From a virus, in the IMG/VR virus record IMGVR_UViG_3300046318_000529, positions 4,190-68,189 of that record: a stretch of DNA of 64,000 nucleotides; one strand, 5' to 3'. Within the stretch, counting starts at the first letter, position 1, and the number at the start of each line of letters is the position of its first letter. Under the pieces are notes generated by a model. That model worked only from the letters and a program-made list of their open reading frames with translations, did not search any database and had not been told where the DNA came from. This document shows positions 39,001 to 47,992 of this stretch, piece after piece. A program made the position numbers and the translations under genes.

Positions 39001-41241
39001 GTTGACAGTGCAGGTAAAGTGCTTGTAGGTTCCTCTGGCACAGCATTAGGTAAACTTCATGTTAAACAAGGCACATCAGGTGTCACATCTGTCTCCAACC
39101 AAGCGGATGCCCTTGTAATAGAGGACAGTAACTCTACAGGAATTACAATAGCCACACCTAACACCCAAGACGGTGCCTATCTATTCGCTGACCCTGAGTC
39201 GAATACTGTAGGGGGTATGACCTACCTTCACGGTGGGGATGTTTTGACCTTACGTACAAACGACAATGATAGGTTAGCTATAAACAATATAGGTGATGTT
39301 AGTATTTCTAGCCCTCCTACGGTAAATGCTCTAGGAAAACTACATATAAGACAAGGGGCTGTGGCTGGTGTTTCAGCAGACGGCAATGCTAATGAACTTG
39401 TATTAGAATCAAACAATAACGTAGGGATGACTCTCCTTACCACTAATGTTGGTGTTTGTAATATATTTTTTGGTGACCCTGAAGGTAACGCTACTGGGCA
39501 ATTAAGTTATGATAACCAAATAAACCAGTTAAGAGTAGGGGTGAATGGAGAGATAAGGTATGCAGTGCACAACTCTGGTGATTTTGTTATTGCTTCTGCT
39601 GCACACGCAACCACACCACAAGGCAAACTACACATCAAAGACGGGACTTCAGGTGTCACGTTAGGCTCAAATAAAGACTTAGTTATTGAGAGTAATGACT
39701 CCACAATTATTCAGTTTATGTCACCTAACACGGCCTCTCCTGCCCTCTTCTTTGCTGACCCACAAGCTAATAGTGCAGGTGGCTTAGAGTACTCACATGG
39801 TGCTGGTAAGATGCACCTTCGTGTAGAAGATCAAAATAGAGTGTCTTTAGATAGTGCTGGGCAGATGGTTATAGCCAACTCTTCAGATACTGTTTCACCT
39901 TTGGCAAAGCTTCATGTTAAAACAGGGACATCGGGCGCTGCACCCATATCTTCAGACGGTATCTTCGTAGAGAGTGCAGGAAGCACACACATTACGATAG
40001 GCACACCTAACAACAGAGAAGGGGGTATCTTTTTTGCTGACCCTGAGAGCAATACTGTAGGGGGTATGAGTTATAATCACTCTTCTGAGTATTTAGCACT
40101 TAGAGCAGGTAACGTTGAAGGCGCTAGGTTAGAAGGAGATGGGGATTTCTTTCTCAACACAGGTAGGTTAGGTGTAGGGATCTCACCTTCATCAGGTAAG
40201 ATACACTCACAAGTAACTAGCGCAGATAATGTCACCTATATTGAAACTGTTACATCAGGTAACCCTGTTCTGAGCTTAAGTGCTACGGGTGCAGGTGGCT
40301 ACCAACTTTATAACGATAGGGCCACAAATAGTTTCAGGATAAAAGCTGAAGGTGGTGCTGATAGGGTGACGGTGAGTAGTGCTGGTGACGTAACTGTGGC
40401 GCAACAGTTGTTGGTTAAACAGGGGACAGCTGGTAGCCCAGGCATATCTTTCACAGGAGAATCAGGGACTAACACAGGGGTGTATAGTGGTGGTGAAGGT
40501 TTAGTCAATATATCATGTGACTCTAACAGGAAGTTCAATATTTCTGATTCAGCTTTTACTTTTTACCAATCAGGAAATTCATCTATTGCTCTTTTAAGGG
40601 CCACGTCAGATAAAATAGAGATTCAAGGGACTGGTACAGGCATAGTAGATGCAGGGCTAAATGTATCAGGAACAACAACGGCGATTACACTATCTACGAC
40701 AGCAGCACCAAGCTCATCTAAATACTTCCTGACAGCCTATGGATCAGCCTCCTCCGACAGGGAGTTTATTATAGATAGTACAGGGGCTATTTTCACAGAC
40801 GGGTCAACTGCTATAACAACCCCTGCTGGGGATTATGCTGAAATGTTTGAGTGGTTAGATGGCAACACCGGTAATGAGGATAGGGTAGGCTTCTCTGTTA
40901 GCTTATCAGAAGGTAAACTAGTGAAGGCGACATCAAAAGAGGGGGTAATAGGGATAATCTCGGCTGCTCCTTCTATACTAGGAGACTCTGCTGAACTTTC
41001 TTGGTCAGGCAAATGGTTAGTGGATTCTTTTGGTCGCAGAATATTAGACGAGAATAACTCCCAGATATTGTCTCCATCTTATGATCCAGAAGCACCTTAC
41101 ACCCCTAGATCTAAACGTCCAGAATGGTCCCCAGTGGGTCTTCTAGGTAAGTTAATCTTACGTAAAGGACAACAAACTGCACCTACTTGGATTAAGTTAA
41201 AAGATGTCAATGAAGATCTTGAACTATGGCTTGTTAAGTGA
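36043..41241 (+). CDS. long modular tail fibre with C-terminal autoproteolytic chaperone (peptidase G2-like)
   Basis: N-terminal GW..GE.PPRQ.FN anchor; nine KLH...FADP modules; DYAEMFEW...YTPRSKRPEWSPVGLLGK. Confidence 0.85.
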   Translation: MPLTPPSKYPEFARQLLNNGPLGSPNKSEPSEIKKDTGWLHGERPPRQTFNYLQNLTSDWIVYFDKLWSTSGQINFHFNQDLSTTTGLVFGISAGTITFDGQESTVASTTLTMTANATTVIGFNLDALTISQYLSGGEPTSDFVKLFVVTTNGSAITAVDDRRTPFQVQSRLQSGDNKLIIDGATDTLNYTNNGVSVLYTSFGGDVGINTTTPLGKLHIKDGSSGVTLVSNKDLVIESNDSTVIQLMSPNTASPAIFFADPQANSAGGLEYSHGAGKMHLRVEDQNRVSLDSAGQMVIANASDTVSPLAKLHVKAGTSGAAPISSDGIFVESAGSTHITIGTSATDIGALNFADTGSQVVGAIQYDNSTDKLHLAASGASKVTIVGSNGNVGFGEQTPFAKVHIKQGSSGVASLNAGGDGLFVEDAGIAGLTIGTPNNVEANIFFADPQSNTQGGFQYNQANDTLSLRAGDLQVVQIDGINDVLNLNPHGVNDYSVSTKRSLRINIDSDANQTGASFTVGHDQNTTVDTNVLLKVLDTGNVGVGVTNPTHRLDVAGDARVSGSFYRPDDLGLVATLGNGQNILFADTHLFRDATGTTNRAVLDSLGNTGIGDITVPQGKLHVFQGESGVSSALTDADALILEDSGSTGITIQTPNSASGNIRFVDPESNNAGSLSFNHTTDTFSAQIEAVTKLSISPATTTVTNDLTVAGNLTVNGTITTINSTTVTVDDKNIEIGSVSVPTDVTADGGGITLKGATDKTINWTAATGDFDVSENWDLASGKSYKINNISVLNGTTLGSGVTASSLTSVGTLGSLVVSGNGGFGSLNVSGLTGLGGSAFSGAKLTVSDGTSTAFKFIVSGSSSTLQSRDHVDGSYTPSIYDAIQHIFQESGVETFRTYAGNLSVGAGATALSKLHVKYGTSGISGVVTDGLLVEGSSTTGINIATPNTQVGLIAFADPENTSSGFISYHHTVDTLYVGTAAATKMTVDSAGKVLVGSSGTALGKLHVKQGTSGVTSVSNQADALVIEDSNSTGITIATPNTQDGAYLFADPESNTVGGMTYLHGGDVLTLRTNDNDRLAINNIGDVSISSPPTVNALGKLHIRQGAVAGVSADGNANELVLESNNNVGMTLLTTNVGVCNIFFGDPEGNATGQLSYDNQINQLRVGVNGEIRYAVHNSGDFVIASAAHATTPQGKLHIKDGTSGVTLGSNKDLVIESNDSTIIQFMSPNTASPALFFADPQANSAGGLEYSHGAGKMHLRVEDQNRVSLDSAGQMVIANSSDTVSPLAKLHVKTGTSGAAPISSDGIFVESAGSTHITIGTPNNREGGIFFADPESNTVGGMSYNHSSEYLALRAGNVEGARLEGDGDFFLNTGRLGVGISPSSGKIHSQVTSADNVTYIETVTSGNPVLSLSATGAGGYQLYNDRATNSFRIKAEGGADRVTVSSAGDVTVAQQLLVKQGTAGSPGISFTGESGTNTGVYSGGEGLVNISCDSNRKFNISDSAFTFYQSGNSSIALLRATSDKIEIQGTGTGIVDAGLNVSGTTTAITLSTTAAPSSSKYFLTAYGSASSDREFIIDSTGAIFTDGSTAITTPAGDYAEMFEWLDGNTGNEDRVGFSVSLSEGKLVKATSKEGVIGIISAAPSILGDSAELSWSGKWLVDSFGRRILDENNSQILSPSYDPEAPYTPRSKRPEWSPVGLLGKLILRKGQQTAPTWIKLKDVNEDLELWLVK
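36685..40001 (+). repeat. ~380-bp near-identical direct repeat in tail fibre (36685-37064 and 39622-40001)
   Basis: Sequences align at offset 2937 nt with only scattered substitutions. Confidence 0.9.
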
Positions 41242-41270
41242 TATTATAGTTACTAAATAAAGGGGCCTTT

Positions 41271-41786
41271 ATGGCTGTAGATTACATTTCCCAAGTTATA
41301 GGTATTTTCAGGGCTTCTGAAGATCTCTCTGGCCACCAATACAGAGTAGTGCAACTCAACAGCCTTAACGCTGAAGTGTTGTGGCAGAAACCTAGTTTAT
41401 CTGGCACCCCGCAAGGGGTGTTAATCAACGCACCAAGGATAGGTGAGTCTTGTGCTGTCCAGGTATTTGGCATAGCCAAGTGCATATTAGGCGGCACACA
41501 ACCTATTATGGCAGGGAGAGGGGTAGGGACACTTGATGATGGTACAGTAGTGGAAGGTGGTAGTTTCGCTACCACCACTTCATCTGGTAACCCAGGTGAC
41601 ATTATATCTATCTTGTTAGGTGGCTCGTCATCCTCAACTGAGTCTTTCTCATGGGAGACAGTCCTACCAGGAAGAGTGATTAAAGTACCTTCAAACCAAC
41701 AGATGCACGTTCACTTGCTTTGTGATGAAGAGTATGTTATAAATGGCGACTTATATTTAGACGGCAACTTAGTAATTGAGTTATAG
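41271..41786 (+). CDS. second DUF2190-like cement protein with C-terminal extension
   Basis: ASEDLSGHQYRVV, GVLINAP..GE...V...G.AK resembles 18557 ORF. Confidence 0.6.
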   Translation: MAVDYISQVIGIFRASEDLSGHQYRVVQLNSLNAEVLWQKPSLSGTPQGVLINAPRIGESCAVQVFGIAKCILGGTQPIMAGRGVGTLDDGTVVEGGSFATTTSSGNPGDIISILLGGSSSSTESFSWETVLPGRVIKVPSNQQMHVHLLCDEEYVINGDLYLDGNLVIEL

Positions 41787-41801
41787 ACAAAAAGGTGAAA
41801 T

Positions 41802-42524
41802 ATGTCCATTATAAGAATGGTTACTCAGACGGAGATTAATACACCTCCAACAGATAGGGTGTGTTTCTATGTCTCTTCTGAGACACTCACTGCCCAGATA
41901 AAGGACGATGAGGGGAGTATACAATACCTCTCAGGTATTACTGGGCTTGTCAATGTAGCCAAGATAATCGATGACGGCTCAGCTGAAGCGCCAGGAGTAG
42001 GCCTTCCTTCTGAGCAACCTGGTGTAAGGTACATCATACGTACCAACACAGGTATAGGGTCTTTAAACGCTGGCTGGGGGCCTATAACAGGCCTACTGCC
42101 TAATGACATTATACAAAGAGCAAATAACAACTCTCAGTGGCACATAGTGAGGCCTGCTTCATTAGGTGCTGGTGATGTATTTGCTTACGATTTATCAAGG
42201 AAAGAGATATACACCTACAACAATACGTCTTGGGTGTCTACACAATCAATAAGGACGCAATTAGTAGTAGCTAATGATACTCTGCAATATAATAAACTTC
42301 ACCTAGTAGATAACACTGGTGGGCCACTCACACTGGTTTTACCTAGTGCTATCAGTCACGAAGGGGACAGTGTAACGATAAAAATATCAGTAAATAGTTC
42401 TAACATTGTTACGATAAACACAACATCTGGGCAGACCATCGATGGCTCTGGTTCAGATTCTCTTTCAATAGGTTACAGTTCCGCTAAATATACTGCTTAT
42501 GCAGGTAACTGGTTGAAAATATAA
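41802..42524 (+). CDS. virion fibre-associated protein
   Basis: C-terminal VDNTGGPLTLVLP...TIDG...Y..NW domain typical of fibre proteins. Confidence 0.6.
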   Translation: MSIIRMVTQTEINTPPTDRVCFYVSSETLTAQIKDDEGSIQYLSGITGLVNVAKIIDDGSAEAPGVGLPSEQPGVRYIIRTNTGIGSLNAGWGPITGLLPNDIIQRANNNSQWHIVRPASLGAGDVFAYDLSRKEIYTYNNTSWVSTQSIRTQLVVANDTLQYNKLHLVDNTGGPLTLVLPSAISHEGDSVTIKISVNSSNIVTINTTSGQTIDGSGSDSLSIGYSSAKYTAYAGNWLKI

Positions 42525-42553
42525 CTTACCAATTTCCTTCGACTATTATGACA

Positions 42554-42583
42554 GAGATGGCACCTTTTTGGTGCTGTCATTTT
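42554..42583 (+). terminator. stem-loop terminator
   Basis: GATGGCACC...GGTGCTGTC then ATTTT. Confidence 0.55.
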
Positions 42584-42614
42584 CTCGTTTTCTTTTCACA
42601 AAGAGGTATTTATA

Positions 42615-44267
42615 ATGGCTGGTAATTTTCTTAGAACAAAGACAGGCCTTTCAATTGATGATTTAGCGTTTGTAATGTATGTTGACGCCGTTCCTGGTGC
42701 GTCTGGGTTAAGCTCTACTGTAGCACCTGGTGCTGTAGCTATCGGTTCTTCAGGTAGCCCTGTCCAAGGTAAGATTTATCAAAAACTTACATCAGGATCT
42801 GGTACTGATAAATGGCAAGCAATGGTTAACTCACAAGAGTTGGCTGATGCAATTGCTTCTAGTGCCTCTGCTTTTGATGGTAAAGAATCTGTAAGGGTTT
42901 CTACCTTAGCTAACCTTGCTGTAACAGCGGCTGGTACTGGCGTAGGAAAAACCTTAACAGCTACCGCCAATGGTGCTATTGTTATTGACGGTGTAACACT
43001 TGCTTTAAATGACCGTGTGCTTGTTAAAGACCAAACAGCACAGGCTGACAATGGTATTTACCGTGTATCTACAGTAGGTAGTGGTGGAGCTCCTTATGTA
43101 TTAACAAGATCTCTTGATGCTGACCAAGATGCTGAAGTAACAGCAGGTATGTTCTGCTTCGTAGAAGAAGGTACAGCTGGTGCTGATAGAGGTTATATCC
43201 TTGTCACAAACAATCCTATTGTTGTAGATACAACCAACTTAGTTTTTACTTTATTCTCTACAGCAGGCGGCCTATCTGGCTTACAAGCTGAGATTGATGC
43301 AATTGAAGTTACCTTAGGGTCAGCTATCAACACCGATGGCACCTTTGCAGGTTTTACTGGCACTAACCACATCAACAGTGCTACGTCATTCACAAATGCT
43401 ATAACTTTGTTAGATGCTGAAATAGGTGCTGACCCTACAGCTAATGCTAGGACTAATAACCCCATCATAGCTGGTGCTAACCTTAATGATAACATTGAGA
43501 AATTAGATGACTCAATAGGCTCGGACAGTCAACTTTCCCCACTCACTCGTACGGTTGGTCAACTATCACTAGCAGCATCTGTTTATACGAGCTTAGATAG
43601 CTTAGATACAGTGGTAGGTGCTGATTCTGACCTCACCCCTGTTACCCGCACTTCAGGACAATTGAGTTTATCTAACAGTATCTATGCTAACTTTGAACAA
43701 CTTGACACTTTAGTTGGTGTTGATGTTACTCCACAAGTACGTACATTTGCGCCTATCTCTGCTTCAGGGACACTTAACGCTAACACTGATGCACTAGACT
43801 CTGCAATAGGTATAGATGTTTCTAGCGTTAACTACGTTGCGATCTCTAGTACGATCAATGCTAACCTATCTGCACTAGATACGCAAGTAAAATCTAACAG
43901 TGATGCACTTGTTGATATTCGTACCAAATCAGTTACCGCTATTGCTGGTGGTTCATTTGTAACTGTTGCTTCTATTAACGTTAATAGTTACCAACAAGGC
44001 ATGTTTAAAGTCCTTGTTAAAGAGAACGCTGCTCCTGCTAAAATGGAATCCATCACAATTAACGGCTTACACAACAAGACAACTGGTGATGCGACTCTAG
44101 TAGACAGCACTGATAGTCATGAGTTGAAGTTCGCTGCTAATGCTGTTGCAGGCTTTGACTACCAAGTTACCCTTTCTGGCACTGGTGCAGGTCAAACCAT
44201 GGATCTTCAAATTAAAACCACAAACGCTTCTAGCTGTACAACCTACACAGAAAGGTTTGCATTTTAA
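42615..44267 (+). CDS. head/tail fibre-like structural protein
   Basis: KESVRVST..N, IDGVTL..NDRVLVKDQT...NGIY, then repeated LD coiled-coil units. Confidence 0.7.
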   Translation: MAGNFLRTKTGLSIDDLAFVMYVDAVPGASGLSSTVAPGAVAIGSSGSPVQGKIYQKLTSGSGTDKWQAMVNSQELADAIASSASAFDGKESVRVSTLANLAVTAAGTGVGKTLTATANGAIVIDGVTLALNDRVLVKDQTAQADNGIYRVSTVGSGGAPYVLTRSLDADQDAEVTAGMFCFVEEGTAGADRGYILVTNNPIVVDTTNLVFTLFSTAGGLSGLQAEIDAIEVTLGSAINTDGTFAGFTGTNHINSATSFTNAITLLDAEIGADPTANARTNNPIIAGANLNDNIEKLDDSIGSDSQLSPLTRTVGQLSLAASVYTSLDSLDTVVGADSDLTPVTRTSGQLSLSNSIYANFEQLDTLVGVDVTPQVRTFAPISASGTLNANTDALDSAIGIDVSSVNYVAISSTINANLSALDTQVKSNSDALVDIRTKSVTAIAGGSFVTVASINVNSYQQGMFKVLVKENAAPAKMESITINGLHNKTTGDATLVDSTDSHELKFAANAVAGFDYQVTLSGTGAGQTMDLQIKTTNASSCTTYTERFAF

Positions 44268-44296
44268 TTGACATAACCTAAAATACAAGGTAGTAT
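44268..44296 (+). promoter_or_regulatory. sigma70-like promoter
   Basis: TTGACA-17 nt-TAGTAT. Confidence 0.6.
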
Positions 44297-44302
44297 TATC
44301 GG

Positions 44303-44430
44303 ACAAGGAAGTTATTGTTGTTCTAAAGGTCGCCAAGTACCTTCAAACTTGGCACTTATTCAAGAAAACCCAACCTTAGGGCTCCGCCAGTGGTCGGTGA
44401 TGCAACTTACATCAGTACCACTCCTTATTT
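44303..44430 (+). ncRNA. putative small structured RNA or structured leader
   Basis: AAGGT/ACCTT plus GCCAAGT/ACTTGGC pseudoknot; AGTGGT..TGATG/CATCA..ACCACT hairpin. Confidence 0.4.
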
Positions 44431-44451
44431 ACACAATCAACAGGTAATATT

Positions 44452-45030
44452 ATGCCTACCGAAGATTTCTTCAAACGTACAGCCACGTTCAAAGGTTTAT
44501 CCTTAAACGACAACGTAGGTATTCTAACAGGTGCAGATGTGCCTTGGAACCTTTATACAGGTGTCCCTATAGGCAGTAGGTTCTTCCACACCAACGGCAC
44601 TGAATATAAAAAAATAAGCGCTAGTGACCTACAAGCCGGGTGGGCTATTGCTTATGTAATAACAGAACTCCCTACACCACAGTATGTTTACAGTCCCTCA
44701 ACGGTCAACAATGCAACAACAACATATGTTAATATAGTAACACTCAACGCCACCACAGTTATCGGTAAATCTTATTTGGCTAAGTTTAGTGGCATAGCTA
44801 AAACTCCAACTTCACAGGGTTGTACTATAGGTTACTTCAACGGTGCAACAGAGGTAACAAACAGTGGTTACAGAATTAATCATGTAGACAGTGAACTTTG
44901 TATTAACCTCACGCTACTTATAGTAGCAGTGGCAACCACAACCTCTATAACCCTTAAGATGAAGTCAAGAGGTGCAGGTTCTACCTGTAGTGTCAGAAAT
45001 GCAGCAATAACTTTTGAGGTGGCACAATGA
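44452..45030 (+). CDS. virion fibre-associated protein
   Basis: N-terminus (F...KGLSLND, GS) parallels that of the 42615 ORF. Confidence 0.55.
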   Translation: MPTEDFFKRTATFKGLSLNDNVGILTGADVPWNLYTGVPIGSRFFHTNGTEYKKISASDLQAGWAIAYVITELPTPQYVYSPSTVNNATTTYVNIVTLNATTVIGKSYLAKFSGIAKTPTSQGCTIGYFNGATEVTNSGYRINHVDSELCINLTLLIVAVATTTSITLKMKSRGAGSTCSVRNAAITFEVAQ

Positions 45031-45443
45031 ACTATACTTATACACTTGTTACTGGGACTGATATTCCTAGTTTGTGGTCTTCTATTTTTGATACAGTTTC
45101 AGAAACTTTAGCCTCTATTACAGAGAACGTTGATGATATTACAATATCCTTCTTACAGACCCTCAACCAACAACAAGAGGATATTTTAGTTGCTCTTATG
45201 GCCAGTCCACCTTTAGTAGCACTTTCAAGAAACATTTCTAAACTTCAATTCAGGCTTCTTTTTACGTTTGAGGAAAGGGTTGCCTTAGATAATTCAACAG
45301 ACCCTATAATAAATACCTTGAGAAGAGATTTGGCCAGTGCTGAGTTTGTTGATTTAGACTCCCCTTTAATCTCTCAAGGTTTAGATTTACTTATTTACAA
45401 AAACATCATCTTATACACAAGAAAAGCTGAGATACTAGCTTAG
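45027..45443 (+). CDS. hypothetical protein (fibre assembly-like)
   Basis: ISKLQFRLLFTFEER...AEFVDLD...RKAEIL family motif. Confidence 0.6.
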   Translation: MNYTYTLVTGTDIPSLWSSIFDTVSETLASITENVDDITISFLQTLNQQQEDILVALMASPPLVALSRNISKLQFRLLFTFEERVALDNSTDPIINTLRRDLASAEFVDLDSPLISQGLDLLIYKNIILYTRKAEILA

Positions 45444-45464
45444 TGTTGTTCACCGGAGATACTT

Positions 45465-46073
45465 ATGCTGCCTAAAAAATATATTATTGGACTTTTATTG
45501 CAAACTATTCCTCTTTTCCTCATCAACCTGGTTGCAGTTATTTCAGGGCTAATCCTAGTCCCTATAGGCCTCTTATTCAGGTATGAAGATAAATCACACA
45601 AAGGTGACCCTTCTTACCCTAAGTGGAAGATGGTTAAAATGCCTAAGATGTTTCATATCTGGAATAATTATGAAGAAGGCTGCATCGCGAAAGGTGAGTA
45701 TTTATACCTTGTAGGGGAAGATCGTGAATCTCCTTTTTACATGTGGTGGTTTTTGGCAGTGAGAAATCCTGCCAACAACCTTAGAACTTTTAATCTATTT
45801 AGATGTGACTCCCTTAATTGCGAACATGTTCTATACACCTCAAATTTTTGGTTTTTTATTGTCTCAACAGATACTACCTCTAAAAAGGAATACTATTCTT
45901 TCAGGTATAGGAAAACACATAAAAACCCTGAAAAAGGAGATTTAGTTGTACATATCGGGTACAAAGTGTTCCCAGAGACATTAGAGCTAATAAAAAATGG
46001 CAAAATAAATAAAGAAGACACAATATTAAGGTATAGGGGGTTCGCCACACAGTTTATCCCCTCAAGAAGGTAA
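45465..46073 (+). CDS. membrane-anchored hypothetical protein
   Basis: N-terminal TM segment; WWFLAVRNPANN. Confidence 0.6.
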   Translation: MLPKKYIIGLLLQTIPLFLINLVAVISGLILVPIGLLFRYEDKSHKGDPSYPKWKMVKMPKMFHIWNNYEEGCIAKGEYLYLVGEDRESPFYMWWFLAVRNPANNLRTFNLFRCDSLNCEHVLYTSNFWFFIVSTDTTSKKEYYSFRYRKTHKNPEKGDLVVHIGYKVFPETLELIKNGKINKEDTILRYRGFATQFIPSRR

Positions 46074-46074
46074 T

Positions 46075-46743
46075 ATGAGACGTGATTATGACTCTGTTTT
46101 AGAAAGTGCAGAAAACTTTCTAAGGGTAGAGATAGGGAGTAGTATAGTTAAAAGCCTCATACCTGCCAGAGTAGGAGGTAGGTGGCTTTTTGAGTGCCAA
46201 TGTCAAATTTGTAGCAAGGTTAGCCTTATCCGGGTGTCTGATATAGAGAAAGAACTGTATAAAGGTTGCCTTTTGTGCAGGCCTAAAAAGAGAAAAGATA
46301 ATGCGGTGAAGAGACACCCTCTCTACCCTACATGGTCTAACATCAAAGCCAGGACCCTCAAAAAATCTAACCATAATTACCATCTCTACGGTGGCAGAGG
46401 TATAAAAATGGAGGAGAGTTGGCTTCAGGATTTTTGGAAATTTGTCAAAGATATAGAAGGTACTTTAGGGGTTAAACCTTCCCTCTCTTATTCTTTAGAT
46501 AGAATAGATAATAATATAGGATATTTCGTTCATAACCTTAGGTGGGCAACTACTAAAGAACAGGCCCAGAACAGAAGAGGATCTCCTCCTAGAAGGAGGT
46601 TTGTTGATTTTGAAGGGAAGAAGATAGGTTTGAGAGAACTTTCAGAGTTGCTAATGGTACCTTTGAATTTAGTGGTATCAAGTTATATTAATCAAGGATG
46701 GAGAAACTCAAACCAATTCACCACACTACAGGAGTCTGTATGA
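46075..46743 (+). CDS. free-standing HNH homing endonuclease
   Basis: HPLYPTWSNIKAR, YGGRGI, SLDRIDNNIGY..NLRWAT..EQ..NRR. Confidence 0.88.
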   Translation: MRRDYDSVLESAENFLRVEIGSSIVKSLIPARVGGRWLFECQCQICSKVSLIRVSDIEKELYKGCLLCRPKKRKDNAVKRHPLYPTWSNIKARTLKKSNHNYHLYGGRGIKMEESWLQDFWKFVKDIEGTLGVKPSLSYSLDRIDNNIGYFVHNLRWATTKEQAQNRRGSPPRRRFVDFEGKKIGLRELSELLMVPLNLVVSSYINQGWRNSNQFTTLQESV

Positions 46744-47360
46744 TTTACCCTATAACGCTTGACACCTTTAAAAAGGCTGTACCACTTTGTAAAGACCCCA
46801 CCAAATGGTTAGAGGCTTTTAACAGTAAACTACCTTCTAGCACAATCAACACTAAACTAAGGCTCTGTGCCTTTATCGCACAATGTGCACATGAGTCTAG
46901 TAACTTCAACATCTTGCAAGAGAACCTTAACTACAGTGCAAAAGGACTTAAGGTTACCTTCCCTAAATATTTTGTAACTGATGAAACTGCTCTTATGTTT
47001 GAGAGGCAGCCTGCAAAAATAGCCAACCGTGTTTATGCTGACAGGATGGGCAATGGGACAGAGATGTCAGGTGAAGGTTACAAGTACCGTGGCAGAGGTA
47101 TTATCATGTTGACTGGTAGAGATAACTACTTGAAACTATCTAGTGCAATAGGCATAGATAACAAGTACACAGTTAACCCTGACCTACTAATGAAACCAGA
47201 GGACGCGATAGACGCTGCCCTCTGGTTTTGGAATAAAAATAACCTTAACCAATTTGCTGATAAGTCAGATATGATCACCTTAACAAAAAGAATAAATGGT
47301 GGTTTAATCGGAATAGATGAACGTATCGCTAACTACAAGAGGGCATTAGTTGCCCTATAG
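46740..47360 (+). CDS. endolysin, glycoside hydrolase family 19
   Basis: FIAQCAHES, ENLNYS, YRGRG..LTG..NY, TKRINGG..G..ER; CAGGAG RBS supports ATG 46740. Confidence 0.92.
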   Translation: MIYPITLDTFKKAVPLCKDPTKWLEAFNSKLPSSTINTKLRLCAFIAQCAHESSNFNILQENLNYSAKGLKVTFPKYFVTDETALMFERQPAKIANRVYADRMGNGTEMSGEGYKYRGRGIIMLTGRDNYLKLSSAIGIDNKYTVNPDLLMKPEDAIDAALWFWNKNNLNQFADKSDMITLTKRINGGLIGIDERIANYKRALVAL

Positions 47361-47362
47361 GG

Positions 47363-47734
47363 GTGATTGTGAAAGAGCTTAAAAGAAAGCCTAACTTTTG
47401 GGAAAATGTCTTCCTTACTATAGATATAATTCTTTGTTTCCTTACGTTCGGACGTGTAGGGGAAACATTGTCTAGTCACTTTGGAAAATCCAGCCTGCTT
47501 ATGAGGCCAGCGCACATGAGATTAGAGAAAGCTGTAAACTGGTTGTTTATGCGATCTTGGATACCTCATGAGTGGAGAGGACCTGACCACTGTTTCAGGT
47601 GTATGGATTTTGATACAGGATTGAGTAGAGATTGTCTTGTTGATAGAATTATTAAAAAATACCTAGTCACCAAAGACCACAGGCTTATAGAGAGTCTTGA
47701 AAAATTAGGGCACTTTAAACCAAAGGAGATGTAG
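47363..47734 (+). CDS. lysis-region hypothetical protein
   Basis: ID.......G...ETLSS...VNWLF...DHC family motif. Confidence 0.6.
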   Translation: MIVKELKRKPNFWENVFLTIDIILCFLTFGRVGETLSSHFGKSSLLMRPAHMRLEKAVNWLFMRSWIPHEWRGPDHCFRCMDFDTGLSRDCLVDRIIKKYLVTKDHRLIESLEKLGHFKPKEM

Positions 47735-47992
47735 ATGAAAGAGACGTTTGAATTAAGAGCTATTAGGTTCGTGTGCTTTTTAGCCATGGGCATAGGCTAC
47801 CTATACCTGACTTATATGATGGTAATGTGGTTCACTGAAAGTAGTGAGATTAGTATGGAAAAGGCTGCTGCTTTTGGGGCATTCATTACAGCCACATTTG
47901 CGTTTAGTAAACATTTTATGGCATCTCTTAACAAAGAGATAGACGATGAGGAAAAGGAAGAGAAAGAAGATGATTCCGATAAATCCAATTAG
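47735..47992 (+). CDS. putative holin
   Basis: Two TM helices and a highly charged C-tail in lysis cassette. Confidence 0.55.
   Translation: MKETFELRAIRFVCFLAMGIGYLYLTYMMVMWFTESSEISMEKAAAFGAFITATFAFSKHFMASLNKEIDDEEKEEKEDDSDKSN

Noticed and set aside
36685-40001. Diversity-generating retroelement TR/VR pair
   Set aside because: Both repeats are in-frame inside one gene, differences are not visibly adenine-specific, and no reverse transcriptase is present.
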